From Pseudomonas aeruginosa (GTDB taxonomy: Bacteria; Pseudomonadota; Gammaproteobacteria; Pseudomonadales; Pseudomonadaceae): a DNA stretch of 32,000 nt. The stretch is taken from the NCBI RefSeq assembly GCF_001457615.1, contig NZ_LN831024.1, forward strand, positions 2,010,001 through 2,042,000. The letters are read 5' to 3'. Positions 11,676-19,465 of this stretch are shown in pieces (within the stretch, counting starts at the first letter, position 1; each line of letters starts with the position of its first letter). The translations under genes were made by a program, and so were the position numbers. The notes beneath the pieces were generated by a model. The model was given only the letters and a program-made list of their open reading frames with translations, was not told the origin of the DNA and searched no databases.

Positions 11676-11939
11676 ATGTCGTCCTTCAATCAAGCGATCG
11701 AGAACATCACTCCTGAGATCTACCAGAACCTCAAGCTGGCCATCGAGATCGGCAAGTGGCCGGACGGCCGCAAGCTGACCCAGGAGCAGAAGGAACTCTG
11801 CCTGCAGGCGGTGATCGCCTGGGAGCTGCAGAACCTCCCCGAGGAGGAGCGCACCGGCTACATGGGCCCGCAGCACTGCTCCTCGCATTCCGACGAGCCG
11901 ATCCCGAACATCCTGTTCAAGTCGGACTCCGTGCACTGA
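11676..11939 (+). CDS. YeaC-like DUF1315 small protein (87 aa)
   Basis: Recognisable …YQNLKLAIEIGKWPDGRKLTQEQKELCLQAVIAWE…; GGAG RBS. Confidence 0.8.
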   Translation: MSSFNQAIENITPEIYQNLKLAIEIGKWPDGRKLTQEQKELCLQAVIAWELQNLPEEERTGYMGPQHCSSHSDEPIPNILFKSDSVH

Positions 11940-12772
11940 TGGAAGAAATCGCCCGCGGCGCGCTGAGCAAGATGACGGCGCGCCTGGAAAGCAATGCTCC
12001 CGTGCAATACGCCTTCCGCCTCGACGACCGCGAAGTCGCGGTGAACCCGCTGATCGGCCGGCCGCTGCGCCTGGAGTACCTCGGCAGCATCTTCTGCACC
12101 CATTGCGGCCGCAAGACGAAGAAGAGTTTCAGCCAGGGCTATTGCTATCCCTGCTTCACCCGGCTGGCGCAGTGCGACAGTTGCATCGTCAGCCCGGAGA
12201 AGTGCCACTACGAGCAGGGCACCTGCCGCGAACCGGAGTGGGGCGAGCGGTTCTGCATGACCGATCACGTGGTGTACCTGGCCAACTCCTCCGGGGTAAA
12301 GGTCGGCATCACCCGCGCCAGCCAGATTCCCACCCGCTGGATCGACCAGGGCGCGCGCCAGGCGCTGCCGATCCTGCGCGTGGCCACCCGCCAGCAGTCC
12401 GGCCTGGTGGAAGACCTGCTGCGCAGCCAGGTCGCCGACCGCACCAATTGGCGGGCCATGCTCAAGGGCGAAGCCGAGCCGGTCGATCTGGCGGCAGTCC
12501 GCGAGCAGTTGTTCGACCAGTGCGCCGACGGCCTGCGCGAATTGCAGCAACGTTTCGGCCTGCAGGCGATCCAACCGGTTATCGACCTCGATCCGCTCGA
12601 GATCGCCTACCCGGTCGAGGCCTACCCGAGCAAGGTCGCCAGCCTCGACCTGGAAAAAACGCCTATCGTCGAAGGCACGCTTCGCGGTATCAAGGGCCAG
12701 TACCTGATCCTCAATACCGGGGTGATCAACATTCGCAAATACACGGCCTACCAGATCGCCGTGCATCACTGA
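11939..12772 (+). CDS. DUF2797-family protein with an N-terminal multi-Cys (zinc-ribbon-like) region (277 aa)
   Basis: CTHCGRKTKKSFSQGYCYPCFTRLAQCDSCIVSPEKCHYEQGTC cluster followed by VYLANSSGVKVGITR. ATG overlaps the upstream stop (TGATG). Confidence 0.8.
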   Translation: MEEIARGALSKMTARLESNAPVQYAFRLDDREVAVNPLIGRPLRLEYLGSIFCTHCGRKTKKSFSQGYCYPCFTRLAQCDSCIVSPEKCHYEQGTCREPEWGERFCMTDHVVYLANSSGVKVGITRASQIPTRWIDQGARQALPILRVATRQQSGLVEDLLRSQVADRTNWRAMLKGEAEPVDLAAVREQLFDQCADGLRELQQRFGLQAIQPVIDLDPLEIAYPVEAYPSKVASLDLEKTPIVEGTLRGIKGQYLILNTGVINIRKYTAYQIAVHH

Positions 12773-12790
12773 GCAGAAGGGCCACAAGCC

Positions 12791-15448
12791 ATGCGCACCG
12801 AGCAACCGAAAGTCATCCACCTCAAGGACTATCAGGCGCCGGACTACCTGATCGACGAGACCCACCTGAAGTTCGAACTGTTCGAAGACCACAGCCTGGT
12901 ACACGCCGAGTTGAAGCTGCGGCGCAACCCCGAGCGCGGCGCCGGCCTGCCGCCGCTGTTGCTGCATGGCCAGCAACTGGAGCTGCTGGCGCTCGAACTG
13001 GACGGCCAGGCGCTCGGCGCGGACGACTACCAACTGGACGACGAGCAGCTCGGGGTGCAACCGCGGCAGGCCGAATTCGTCCTCAGGAGCACGGTGCGTA
13101 TCCATCCGGAGAGCAACACCGCGCTGGAAGGCCTGTACAAGTCCGGCAAGATGTTCTGCACCCAGTGCGAGGCCGAGGGTTTCCGCAAGATCACCTATTA
13201 CCTCGACCGTCCCGACGTGATGAGTCGCTTCACCACCACCGTCAGCGCCGAACAGCAGCGCTACCCGGTGCTGCTCTCCAACGGCAACCCGGTGGCCAGC
13301 GGTTCCGAAGGCAACGGCCGGCACTGGGCGACCTGGGAAGACCCGTTCAAGAAGCCGGCCTACCTGTTCGCCCTGGTTGCCGGCGACCTCTGGTGCGTCG
13401 AGGACAGCTTCCGCACCATGAGCCAGCGCGACGTGGCGCTGCGCATCTACGTCGAGCCGGAGAACATCGACAAGGTCCAGCACGCCATGGACAGCCTGAA
13501 GAAGTCGATGCGCTGGGACGAGGAGGTCTACGGCCGCGAGTACGACCTGGACATCTTCATGATCGTCGCGGTCAACGACTTCAACATGGGCGCGATGGAG
13601 AACAAGGGCCTCAACATCTTCAACTCCAGTTGCGTCCTGGCCCGCGCCGAAACCGCCACCGACGCCGCCCACCAGCGGGTCGAGGGCGTGGTGGCGCATG
13701 AGTATTTCCACAACTGGTCGGGTAACCGGGTCACCTGCCGCGACTGGTTCCAGCTGTCGCTCAAGGAGGGCTTCACCGTATTCCGCGACTCGGAGTTCTC
13801 CGCCGACATGAACTCGCGCACGGTCAAGCGCGTCGAGGACGTCGCCTTCCTGCGCACCAACCAGTTCGCCGAGGACGCCGGGCCGATGGCGCATCCGGTG
13901 CGCCCCGACTCGTTCATCGAGATTTCCAACTTCTACACCCTGACCGTCTACGAGAAGGGCTCGGAAGTGGTGCGGATGATCCACACCCTGCTCGGCGCCG
14001 AAGGCTTCCGCAAGGGCTCGGACCTGTACTTCCAGCGCCACGACGGCCAGGCGGTGACCTGCGACGATTTCGTCAAGGCCATGGAAGACGCCAATGGCGT
14101 CGACCTGACCCAGTTCAAGCGCTGGTACAGCCAGTCCGGCACTCCGCGCCTGGCGGTGGAAGGCGAGTACGACGCCGCCGCCCGCCGCTACACCCTGACG
14201 GTGCGCCAGAGCTGCCCGCCGACTCCCGGCCAGCCGAGCAAGGAACCCTTCGTCATCCCGCTGGAGCTGGGTCTGCTCGACGGCCAGGGCCACGAACTTC
14301 CGCTGCGCCTGGAAGGCGAGGCCGTGGCCCAGGGCGGCAACCGCGTGCTGGCGGTGACCGAGGCCGAGCAGCGCTTCGTCTTCGTCGAGGTGCCGGAGCA
14401 GCCGCTGCCATCGCTGCTGCGCGGCTTCTCCGCGCCGGTGAAACTGAGCTTCCCCTACAGCCGCGACCAGTTGCTGTTCCTCATGCAGCACGACAGCGAC
14501 GGCTTCAACCGCTGGGAGGCCGGCCAACAGCTTTCGGTGCAGGTCCTGCAGGAGCTGATCGGCCAGCACCAGCGCGGCGAGCAACTGGTACTCGACCCGC
14601 GCCTGATCGAGGCCTACCGCACCCTCCTGGCGGATGAGGCGCTGGACCAGGCGATGGTCGCCGAGATGCTCTCGCTGCCCAGCGAGGCCTATCTCACCGA
14701 GATCAGCGAAGTCGCCGATGTCGACGCGATCCATGCCGCCCGCGAATTCGCCCGCCAGCGTATCGGCGAAGCGCTGTTCGAGCCGCTGTGGCAGCGTTAC
14801 CAGGCCAACCGCAAGATTTCCCGCGACACCGCCTACCTCGCCGAGGCCTCGCACATAGCCCGGCGCAGCCTGCAGAACATCGCGCTGTCCTACCTGTCGC
14901 TGTCGGGCCGGGAGGAAATCCTCGCCGCCTGCCTGGAGCAGTACGAAGGCTGCGACAACATGACCGAGCGCCTGACCGCCCTGGCGGTGCTGGTCAACTC
15001 CGGCTTCGAGGCGGAGAAGGGCAAGGCCCTGGCCATGTTCGCCGATTACTTCAAGGATGACCCGCTGGTGATGGACCAGTGGTTCAGCGTGCAGGCCGGC
15101 TCGCCGCTGCCGGGCGGGCTGGAGCGGGTCCAGGCGCTGATGCAGCACCCGGCCTTCACCCTGAAGAACCCGAACAAGGTGCGCGCGCTGATCGGCGCGT
15201 TCGCCAACCAGAACCTGGTCAACTTCCATCGTCCTGACGGCGCCGGCTATCGCTTCCTCGCCGACCAGGTGATCGTGCTCAACGCACTCAACCCGCAGAT
15301 CGCCTCGCGCCTGCTGGTGCCGCTGACCCGCTGGCGCAAGTACGACGAGGCGCGGCAGGCGCTGATGCGCGGCGAGCTGGAACGCATCCTGGCCTCCGGC
15401 GAATTGTCCAGCGACGTCTACGAAGTGGTGAGCAAGAGCCTGGCCTGA
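12791..15448 (+). CDS. pepN: Aminopeptidase N (M1 family, 885 aa)
   Basis: GAMEN exopeptidase motif, HEYFHNWSGNRVTCRDWFQLSLKEG zinc site (HEXXH-18-E), length typical of bacterial PepN. Confidence 0.95.
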   Translation: MRTEQPKVIHLKDYQAPDYLIDETHLKFELFEDHSLVHAELKLRRNPERGAGLPPLLLHGQQLELLALELDGQALGADDYQLDDEQLGVQPRQAEFVLRSTVRIHPESNTALEGLYKSGKMFCTQCEAEGFRKITYYLDRPDVMSRFTTTVSAEQQRYPVLLSNGNPVASGSEGNGRHWATWEDPFKKPAYLFALVAGDLWCVEDSFRTMSQRDVALRIYVEPENIDKVQHAMDSLKKSMRWDEEVYGREYDLDIFMIVAVNDFNMGAMENKGLNIFNSSCVLARAETATDAAHQRVEGVVAHEYFHNWSGNRVTCRDWFQLSLKEGFTVFRDSEFSADMNSRTVKRVEDVAFLRTNQFAEDAGPMAHPVRPDSFIEISNFYTLTVYEKGSEVVRMIHTLLGAEGFRKGSDLYFQRHDGQAVTCDDFVKAMEDANGVDLTQFKRWYSQSGTPRLAVEGEYDAAARRYTLTVRQSCPPTPGQPSKEPFVIPLELGLLDGQGHELPLRLEGEAVAQGGNRVLAVTEAEQRFVFVEVPEQPLPSLLRGFSAPVKLSFPYSRDQLLFLMQHDSDGFNRWEAGQQLSVQVLQELIGQHQRGEQLVLDPRLIEAYRTLLADEALDQAMVAEMLSLPSEAYLTEISEVADVDAIHAAREFARQRIGEALFEPLWQRYQANRKISRDTAYLAEASHIARRSLQNIALSYLSLSGREEILAACLEQYEGCDNMTERLTALAVLVNSGFEAEKGKALAMFADYFKDDPLVMDQWFSVQAGSPLPGGLERVQALMQHPAFTLKNPNKVRALIGAFANQNLVNFHRPDGAGYRFLADQVIVLNALNPQIASRLLVPLTRWRKYDEARQALMRGELERILASGELSSDVYEVVSKSLA

Positions 15449-15562
15449 TCCGCCAGCTTCGCCCGGAAGAGGGTGTTACTGGCCACTGGCTGGTAACGCC
15501 CTTTGTTACTTCTGGGAATCGCTTCACTGTTTTCCATTGATGGAGTCCGCTTAATCGTGTTT

Positions 15563-15633
15563 CGCGAACCTCCCTGCGCAGGCTCTGCGAAGGGACTTTT
15601 CGCGCCACCGGCGAAATTCGCCTGGCGCGTTTT
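15563..15633 (+). terminator. Two overlapping GC-rich stem-loops with short T tracts downstream of pepN
   Basis: SL1: TCCCTGCGCAG-GCT-CTGCGAAGGGA (15571-15595, one mismatch), extended by CGCGAA/TTCGCG (15563-68 / 15599-604). SL2: CGCGCCA-CC-GGCGAA-A-TTCGCC-TGGCGCG (15601-15629) followed by TTTT. SL1 and SL2 share 15601-15604. Confidence 0.35.
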
Positions 15634-15636
15634 GTC

Positions 15637-15698
15637 GGACACTTCCTGTTTTCTGGTCAGTGAATGAACAGTCATCCCGCAGGAAGTCCTGTTTTTTT
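15637..15698 (+). terminator. Long-loop hairpin followed by a T7 run (terminator-like)
   Basis: GGACACTTCCTG (15637-48) pairs with CAGGAAGTCC (15680-89) with one bulged A, followed by TG then TTTTTTT (15692-98). Confidence 0.45.
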
Positions 15699-15735
15699 CG
15701 CAATCCATTGAATTGCCTGGAGGATTCCGTTGAAT

Positions 15736-15751
15736 TGGCATCCCGGTTGCA
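15736..15751 (+). promoter_or_regulatory. Putative sigma54 (RpoN) -24/-12 promoter: TGGCAT-N5-TTGCA
   Basis: GG at 15737-38 and GC at 15749-50 with exact GG-N10-GC spacing; 10 of 11 conserved positions match TGGCAC-N5-TTGCW. Lies about 145 nt upstream of the DUF1302 ATG. Confidence 0.5.
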
Positions 15752-15894
15752 CTGCCTCGTCGCGCGGTTCCCTTTCGTCGATGCTAGGCCGGTGACGCCG
15801 CGACCACCCATAACAAGGCCGCAGAGAAACGGCCGAACGGCGAACCGCCCGCAGTGGCGGCGCCCAACGCATGACCACATGGAGTGAGTTCCCG

Positions 15895-17859
15895 ATGTAC
15901 ATCCCCAACCGCCAGCCCCGGCTGCGCTCCGCGCCGGCCCGGGCCGGCTTCGCCTTCGCCGGGCTGCTGCCGCTGCTGGGCGGCCAGGCCCAGGCCGTCG
16001 AATTCAGCTTCCTCGACAACGAGGTGTCCGGTTCGCTCGACACCACCCTGTCCTACGGCACCCTGTGGCGGGTGCAGGGGCAGGACAAGAGCAACAACGA
16101 CATCAACACCAACGACGGCAACCGCAACTTCGATACCGGCCTGGTTTCCGAGGTCTACAAGATCACCTCGGACCTGGAGGCGACCTGGCGCAACTATGGC
16201 GTGTTCATCCGCGGCACGGCGTTCTATGACACCCAGATCATGGACAAGCGCAACGACTACTACAGCCACAACGATCCATCGCAGCCGAGCCAGAGCTATC
16301 CCCACGACGACCGTTTCACCAGCCAGACCCGCGACATCGCCGGGCACAAGGCGGAAATCCTCGACGCCTACGTCTACGGCAGCTGGGACATCGGCAACAT
16401 GCCGCTGAGCGCGCGCTTCGGCCGCCAGGTGTTCAACTGGGGCGAGGGCATCTTCTACCGTGGCGGGGTCAACACCACCAACCCGGTGGACGCCGCCAAG
16501 TACCGCCTGCCCGGTTCCGAGCTCAAGGAAGTGCTGATGCCGGTGGAAGCGCTGAGCTTCAACATCGGCCTGACCGACAACCTGTCGATGGAAACCTTCT
16601 ACCAGTGGAACTGGAAGGAAACCCGCCTCGACCCGGTCGGTACCTTCTTCTCCGAGACCGACCTGTTCGCCGACGGCGGCAACACCGGCTACAGCGACTT
16701 CACCGGCACCGCGCTGGACACCCCGGTGCCCGGCTTCGGCAACGTCATCGGCCTGTACCAGGCGCTGGGCAACAATCCGCTGCTCAGCGGCGCGCTGAAG
16801 AACACCGGCCTCTATGCCAACGGCGTGACCCCGGCCTACGGCAACGTGATGAAGGTGTCGTCCATCGGCAAGGACATCAACGCGCGCAACGACGGCCAGT
16901 TCGGCGTGGCCTTCCGCTACATCGCCGAGGAACTGAACAGCACCGAGTTCGGCTTCTACTTCGTCAACTACCACTCCAAGGAGCCGACCCTGTACGCCGA
17001 CATCGGCGACTATGCCGGGGCCGACCTGGCGGCGCTGGCCAACACCCTGCGGCCGATCGCCGGCAACCTCGCCGAAGCCCTGGCCAACGGCCTGGTGACC
17101 GCCGACGTGATGGGCAACATCAATGCCCGCCGCGAGTTCGCCGAAGACATCCGCATGTATGGCTTCAGCTTCAACACCACGGTGGGCGACGCCTCGGTGT
17201 TCGGCGAGCTGGCCTATCGGCCGAACCTGCCGATCGGCATCGCCGCCACCAACGACCTGATCGGCGACCTCGCCCACGGTGCGGCGGAAGCCGCCAACGG
17301 CGGACAGATCAACGTCGGCGGGCAGATGGTCGGCCTCGGCGGGCAGATCCACAACTACGAGCGGGTCGAGGCGTTCAACACCTCCCTCGGGACCATCTAC
17401 AACTTCGGCCCGTCGCTGAGCTTCGACTCGTTGACCGGCGTCGCCGAGCTGGCCTCGGAACACCTGCGTGGCAGCAGCCTGAAGTACACCGCCTACGACG
17501 GCAGCACCCGCTACTATGCCGGGCGCGGCAACAGCTCGTACGTTTCCGGTGGCGACCGTGGCGACCAGGTGAACCGCAACGCCTACGGCTACACCCTGCT
17601 GCTCAGCGGCACCTGGAACGACGTGTTCGCCGGGGTCAACGTGTCGCCCTACGTGGTCTACAAGGACGACTTCGAAGGCAACTCCTACCAGACCGGCAAC
17701 TTCATCGAAGGTCGCAAGGCCTACACCCTGGGGATCAAGGCCACCTACCTGAACAGCCTGGAAGGCGAACTGCAGTACACCGAGTTCTACGGCGGCGGGC
17801 AGAACAACAACATCCGCGACCGCGACAACATCGGCCTGACCGTGAAGTACTCCTTCTGA
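15895..17859 (+). CDS. DUF1302-family predicted outer-membrane beta-barrel protein (654 aa)
   Basis: Signal peptide …AGLLPLLGGQAQA/VEF, alternating-pattern sequence rich in G/Y/N/T, C-terminal …GLTVKYSF (terminal aromatic typical of OMPs). GGAG RBS favours ATG 15895 over 15871. Confidence 0.85.
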   Translation: MYIPNRQPRLRSAPARAGFAFAGLLPLLGGQAQAVEFSFLDNEVSGSLDTTLSYGTLWRVQGQDKSNNDINTNDGNRNFDTGLVSEVYKITSDLEATWRNYGVFIRGTAFYDTQIMDKRNDYYSHNDPSQPSQSYPHDDRFTSQTRDIAGHKAEILDAYVYGSWDIGNMPLSARFGRQVFNWGEGIFYRGGVNTTNPVDAAKYRLPGSELKEVLMPVEALSFNIGLTDNLSMETFYQWNWKETRLDPVGTFFSETDLFADGGNTGYSDFTGTALDTPVPGFGNVIGLYQALGNNPLLSGALKNTGLYANGVTPAYGNVMKVSSIGKDINARNDGQFGVAFRYIAEELNSTEFGFYFVNYHSKEPTLYADIGDYAGADLAALANTLRPIAGNLAEALANGLVTADVMGNINARREFAEDIRMYGFSFNTTVGDASVFGELAYRPNLPIGIAATNDLIGDLAHGAAEAANGGQINVGGQMVGLGGQIHNYERVEAFNTSLGTIYNFGPSLSFDSLTGVAELASEHLRGSSLKYTAYDGSTRYYAGRGNSSYVSGGDRGDQVNRNAYGYTLLLSGTWNDVFAGVNVSPYVVYKDDFEGNSYQTGNFIEGRKAYTLGIKATYLNSLEGELQYTEFYGGGQNNNIRDRDNIGLTVKYSF

Positions 17860-17917
17860 CCGAACCGATAACGACACGGGCGCCGCGAGCGCCCGGCACC
17901 TCACACGGAGAACCCTC

Positions 17918-19285
17918 ATGTTGAACAAGCACCTGCTGATCGGCGCTTCCCTGGCGCTGGCACTGGGCAGCGGCGGCGCGCTGGCCGGCGTTTCCGCCGG
18001 CGAGGCGGCGCAACTGAAGTCGAGCCTCACCCCGCTGGGCGCGGAGAAGGCCGGCAACGCCGCCGGCAGCATTCCCGCCTGGACCGGCGGCATCACCCAG
18101 GCGCCGGCCGGCTACAAGCCGGGCCAGCACCACCCGGATCCGTTCGCCGCGGACAAGCCGCTGTTCACCATCGACAAGGCCAACCTGGAGCAGTACAGGG
18201 AACACCTGACCCCGGGCCAGCTGGCGCTGTTCAAGACCTACCCGGACAGCTTCCGGATGCCGGTCTACCCCAGCCGCCGTTCCGGCTCGGCGCCGCAGTG
18301 GCTGTACGACAACACCTTCGCCAATGCCACCAGCGCCAGGCTGCTGGACGGCGGCAACGGGTTCGCCGACGCCTATGGCGGGGTGCCGTTCCCGATTCCG
18401 AAGAGCGGCGTGGAGGCGCTGTGGAACCACGTCGCCCGCTACCGCGGCACCTATGTCGTGCGCCGCGCTTCGGAAGTCGCGGTACAGCGCAACGGTAGCT
18501 ATTCGCTGGTGACCTCGCAGCAGGAAGCGCTGTTCAAGTACTACCTCAAGGGCGGCAGCTTCGCCGACCTGAACAACCTGATGTTCTACTACCTGTCGTT
18601 CACCAAGAGCCCGGCGCGCCTGGCCGGCGGCGCGGTGCTGGTGCACGAGACCCTCGACCAGGTCAAGGAGCCGCGCCAGGCCTGGGGCTACAACGCCGGC
18701 CAGCGCCGTGTGCGGCGTGCGCCGAACCTTGCCTACGACACGCCGATCGCCGCCGCCGACGGCCTGCGCACCGCCGACGACACCGACATGTTCAACGGCG
18801 CGCCGGACCGCTATGACTGGAAGCTGCTGGGCAAGAAGGAAATCTACATTCCCTACAACAACTACAAGGTCAGCAGCCCCGAGGTGAAGTACGAGGAACT
18901 GCTCAAGCCGGGCCACCTCGATCCGCAATACACCCGCTACGAGCTGCACCGCGTGTGGGTGGTGGAAGGTACCCTGAAGCCGGGCGCGCGGCATATCTAC
19001 TCCAAGCGCACCCTGTACCTCGACGAGGACAGCTGGAGCGCGGCGGTGGTTGACCAGTACGACGGTCGCGGCGAACTGTGGCGGGTGTCGATGGCCTACC
19101 TGAAGAACTTCTACGACCTGCCGTACACCTGGAGCGCGCTGGACGTGTTTCACGACTTGCAGGCGCGTCGCTACCACGTGCAGAACCTGGACAACGAGGA
19201 GCCGGGTACCATCGACTTCACCCAGGCGATACCGGACGACTCCTACTTCAAGCCCTCGGCCCTGCGCCGCCGCGGCACCCGCTGA
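17918..19285 (+). CDS. DUF1329-family periplasmic protein (455 aa)
   Basis: Sec signal peptide MLNKHLLIGASLALALGSGGALA/GV with no lipobox Cys. Family recognised from …FPIPKSGVEALWNH…YRG… and …YELHRVWVVEG… blocks. GGAGA RBS. Confidence 0.85.
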   Translation: MLNKHLLIGASLALALGSGGALAGVSAGEAAQLKSSLTPLGAEKAGNAAGSIPAWTGGITQAPAGYKPGQHHPDPFAADKPLFTIDKANLEQYREHLTPGQLALFKTYPDSFRMPVYPSRRSGSAPQWLYDNTFANATSARLLDGGNGFADAYGGVPFPIPKSGVEALWNHVARYRGTYVVRRASEVAVQRNGSYSLVTSQQEALFKYYLKGGSFADLNNLMFYYLSFTKSPARLAGGAVLVHETLDQVKEPRQAWGYNAGQRRVRRAPNLAYDTPIAAADGLRTADDTDMFNGAPDRYDWKLLGKKEIYIPYNNYKVSSPEVKYEELLKPGHLDPQYTRYELHRVWVVEGTLKPGARHIYSKRTLYLDEDSWSAAVVDQYDGRGELWRVSMAYLKNFYDLPYTWSALDVFHDLQARRYHVQNLDNEEPGTIDFTQAIPDDSYFKPSALRRRGTR

Positions 19286-19391
19286 TCGCTCCGCTCGCCG
19301 GCGCCGACCGCTTCCCTCCGGGGAGGAGGGCGGCGCCGATCCCCCCGTTACAGACGGCTTACACGCTTAACAAAAGATAACGTGGCTTCAA

Positions 19392-19421
19392 TTGTCTCCG
19401 TCGCCAAACGCTGGCTATATA
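19392..19421 (+). promoter_or_regulatory. Possible internal sigma70-type promoter (TTGTCT-N18-TATATA) in an AT-rich spacer
   Basis: Pattern match inside the 180-nt AT-rich gap between the DUF1329 gene and the propeller gene. Confidence 0.3.
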
Positions 19422-19465
19422 ACGCTCACCACGAACCACTAATAACAACAACGGGGACGGTATCC

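Noticed and set aside
11858-15229. 1123-aa ORF on the minus strand
   Set aside because: It lies entirely antisense to pepN, whose GAMEN/HEXXH motifs make the plus frame certain. The translation is low-complexity and rich in A/G/R/L/V, typical of shadow ORFs in high-GC DNA where stop codons are rare.
15660-15887. 75-aa plus-strand ORF (and several minus-strand ORFs) inside the pepN-DUF1302 intergenic region
   Set aside because: They have low third-position G+C, no RBS, and Arg/Pro-rich or odd composition. The region is better explained by hairpins and promoter elements.
15784-18096. 770-aa ORF on the minus strand
   Set aside because: Antisense shadow of the DUF1302 gene, with a repetitive V/A/G/D-rich translation and no motifs.
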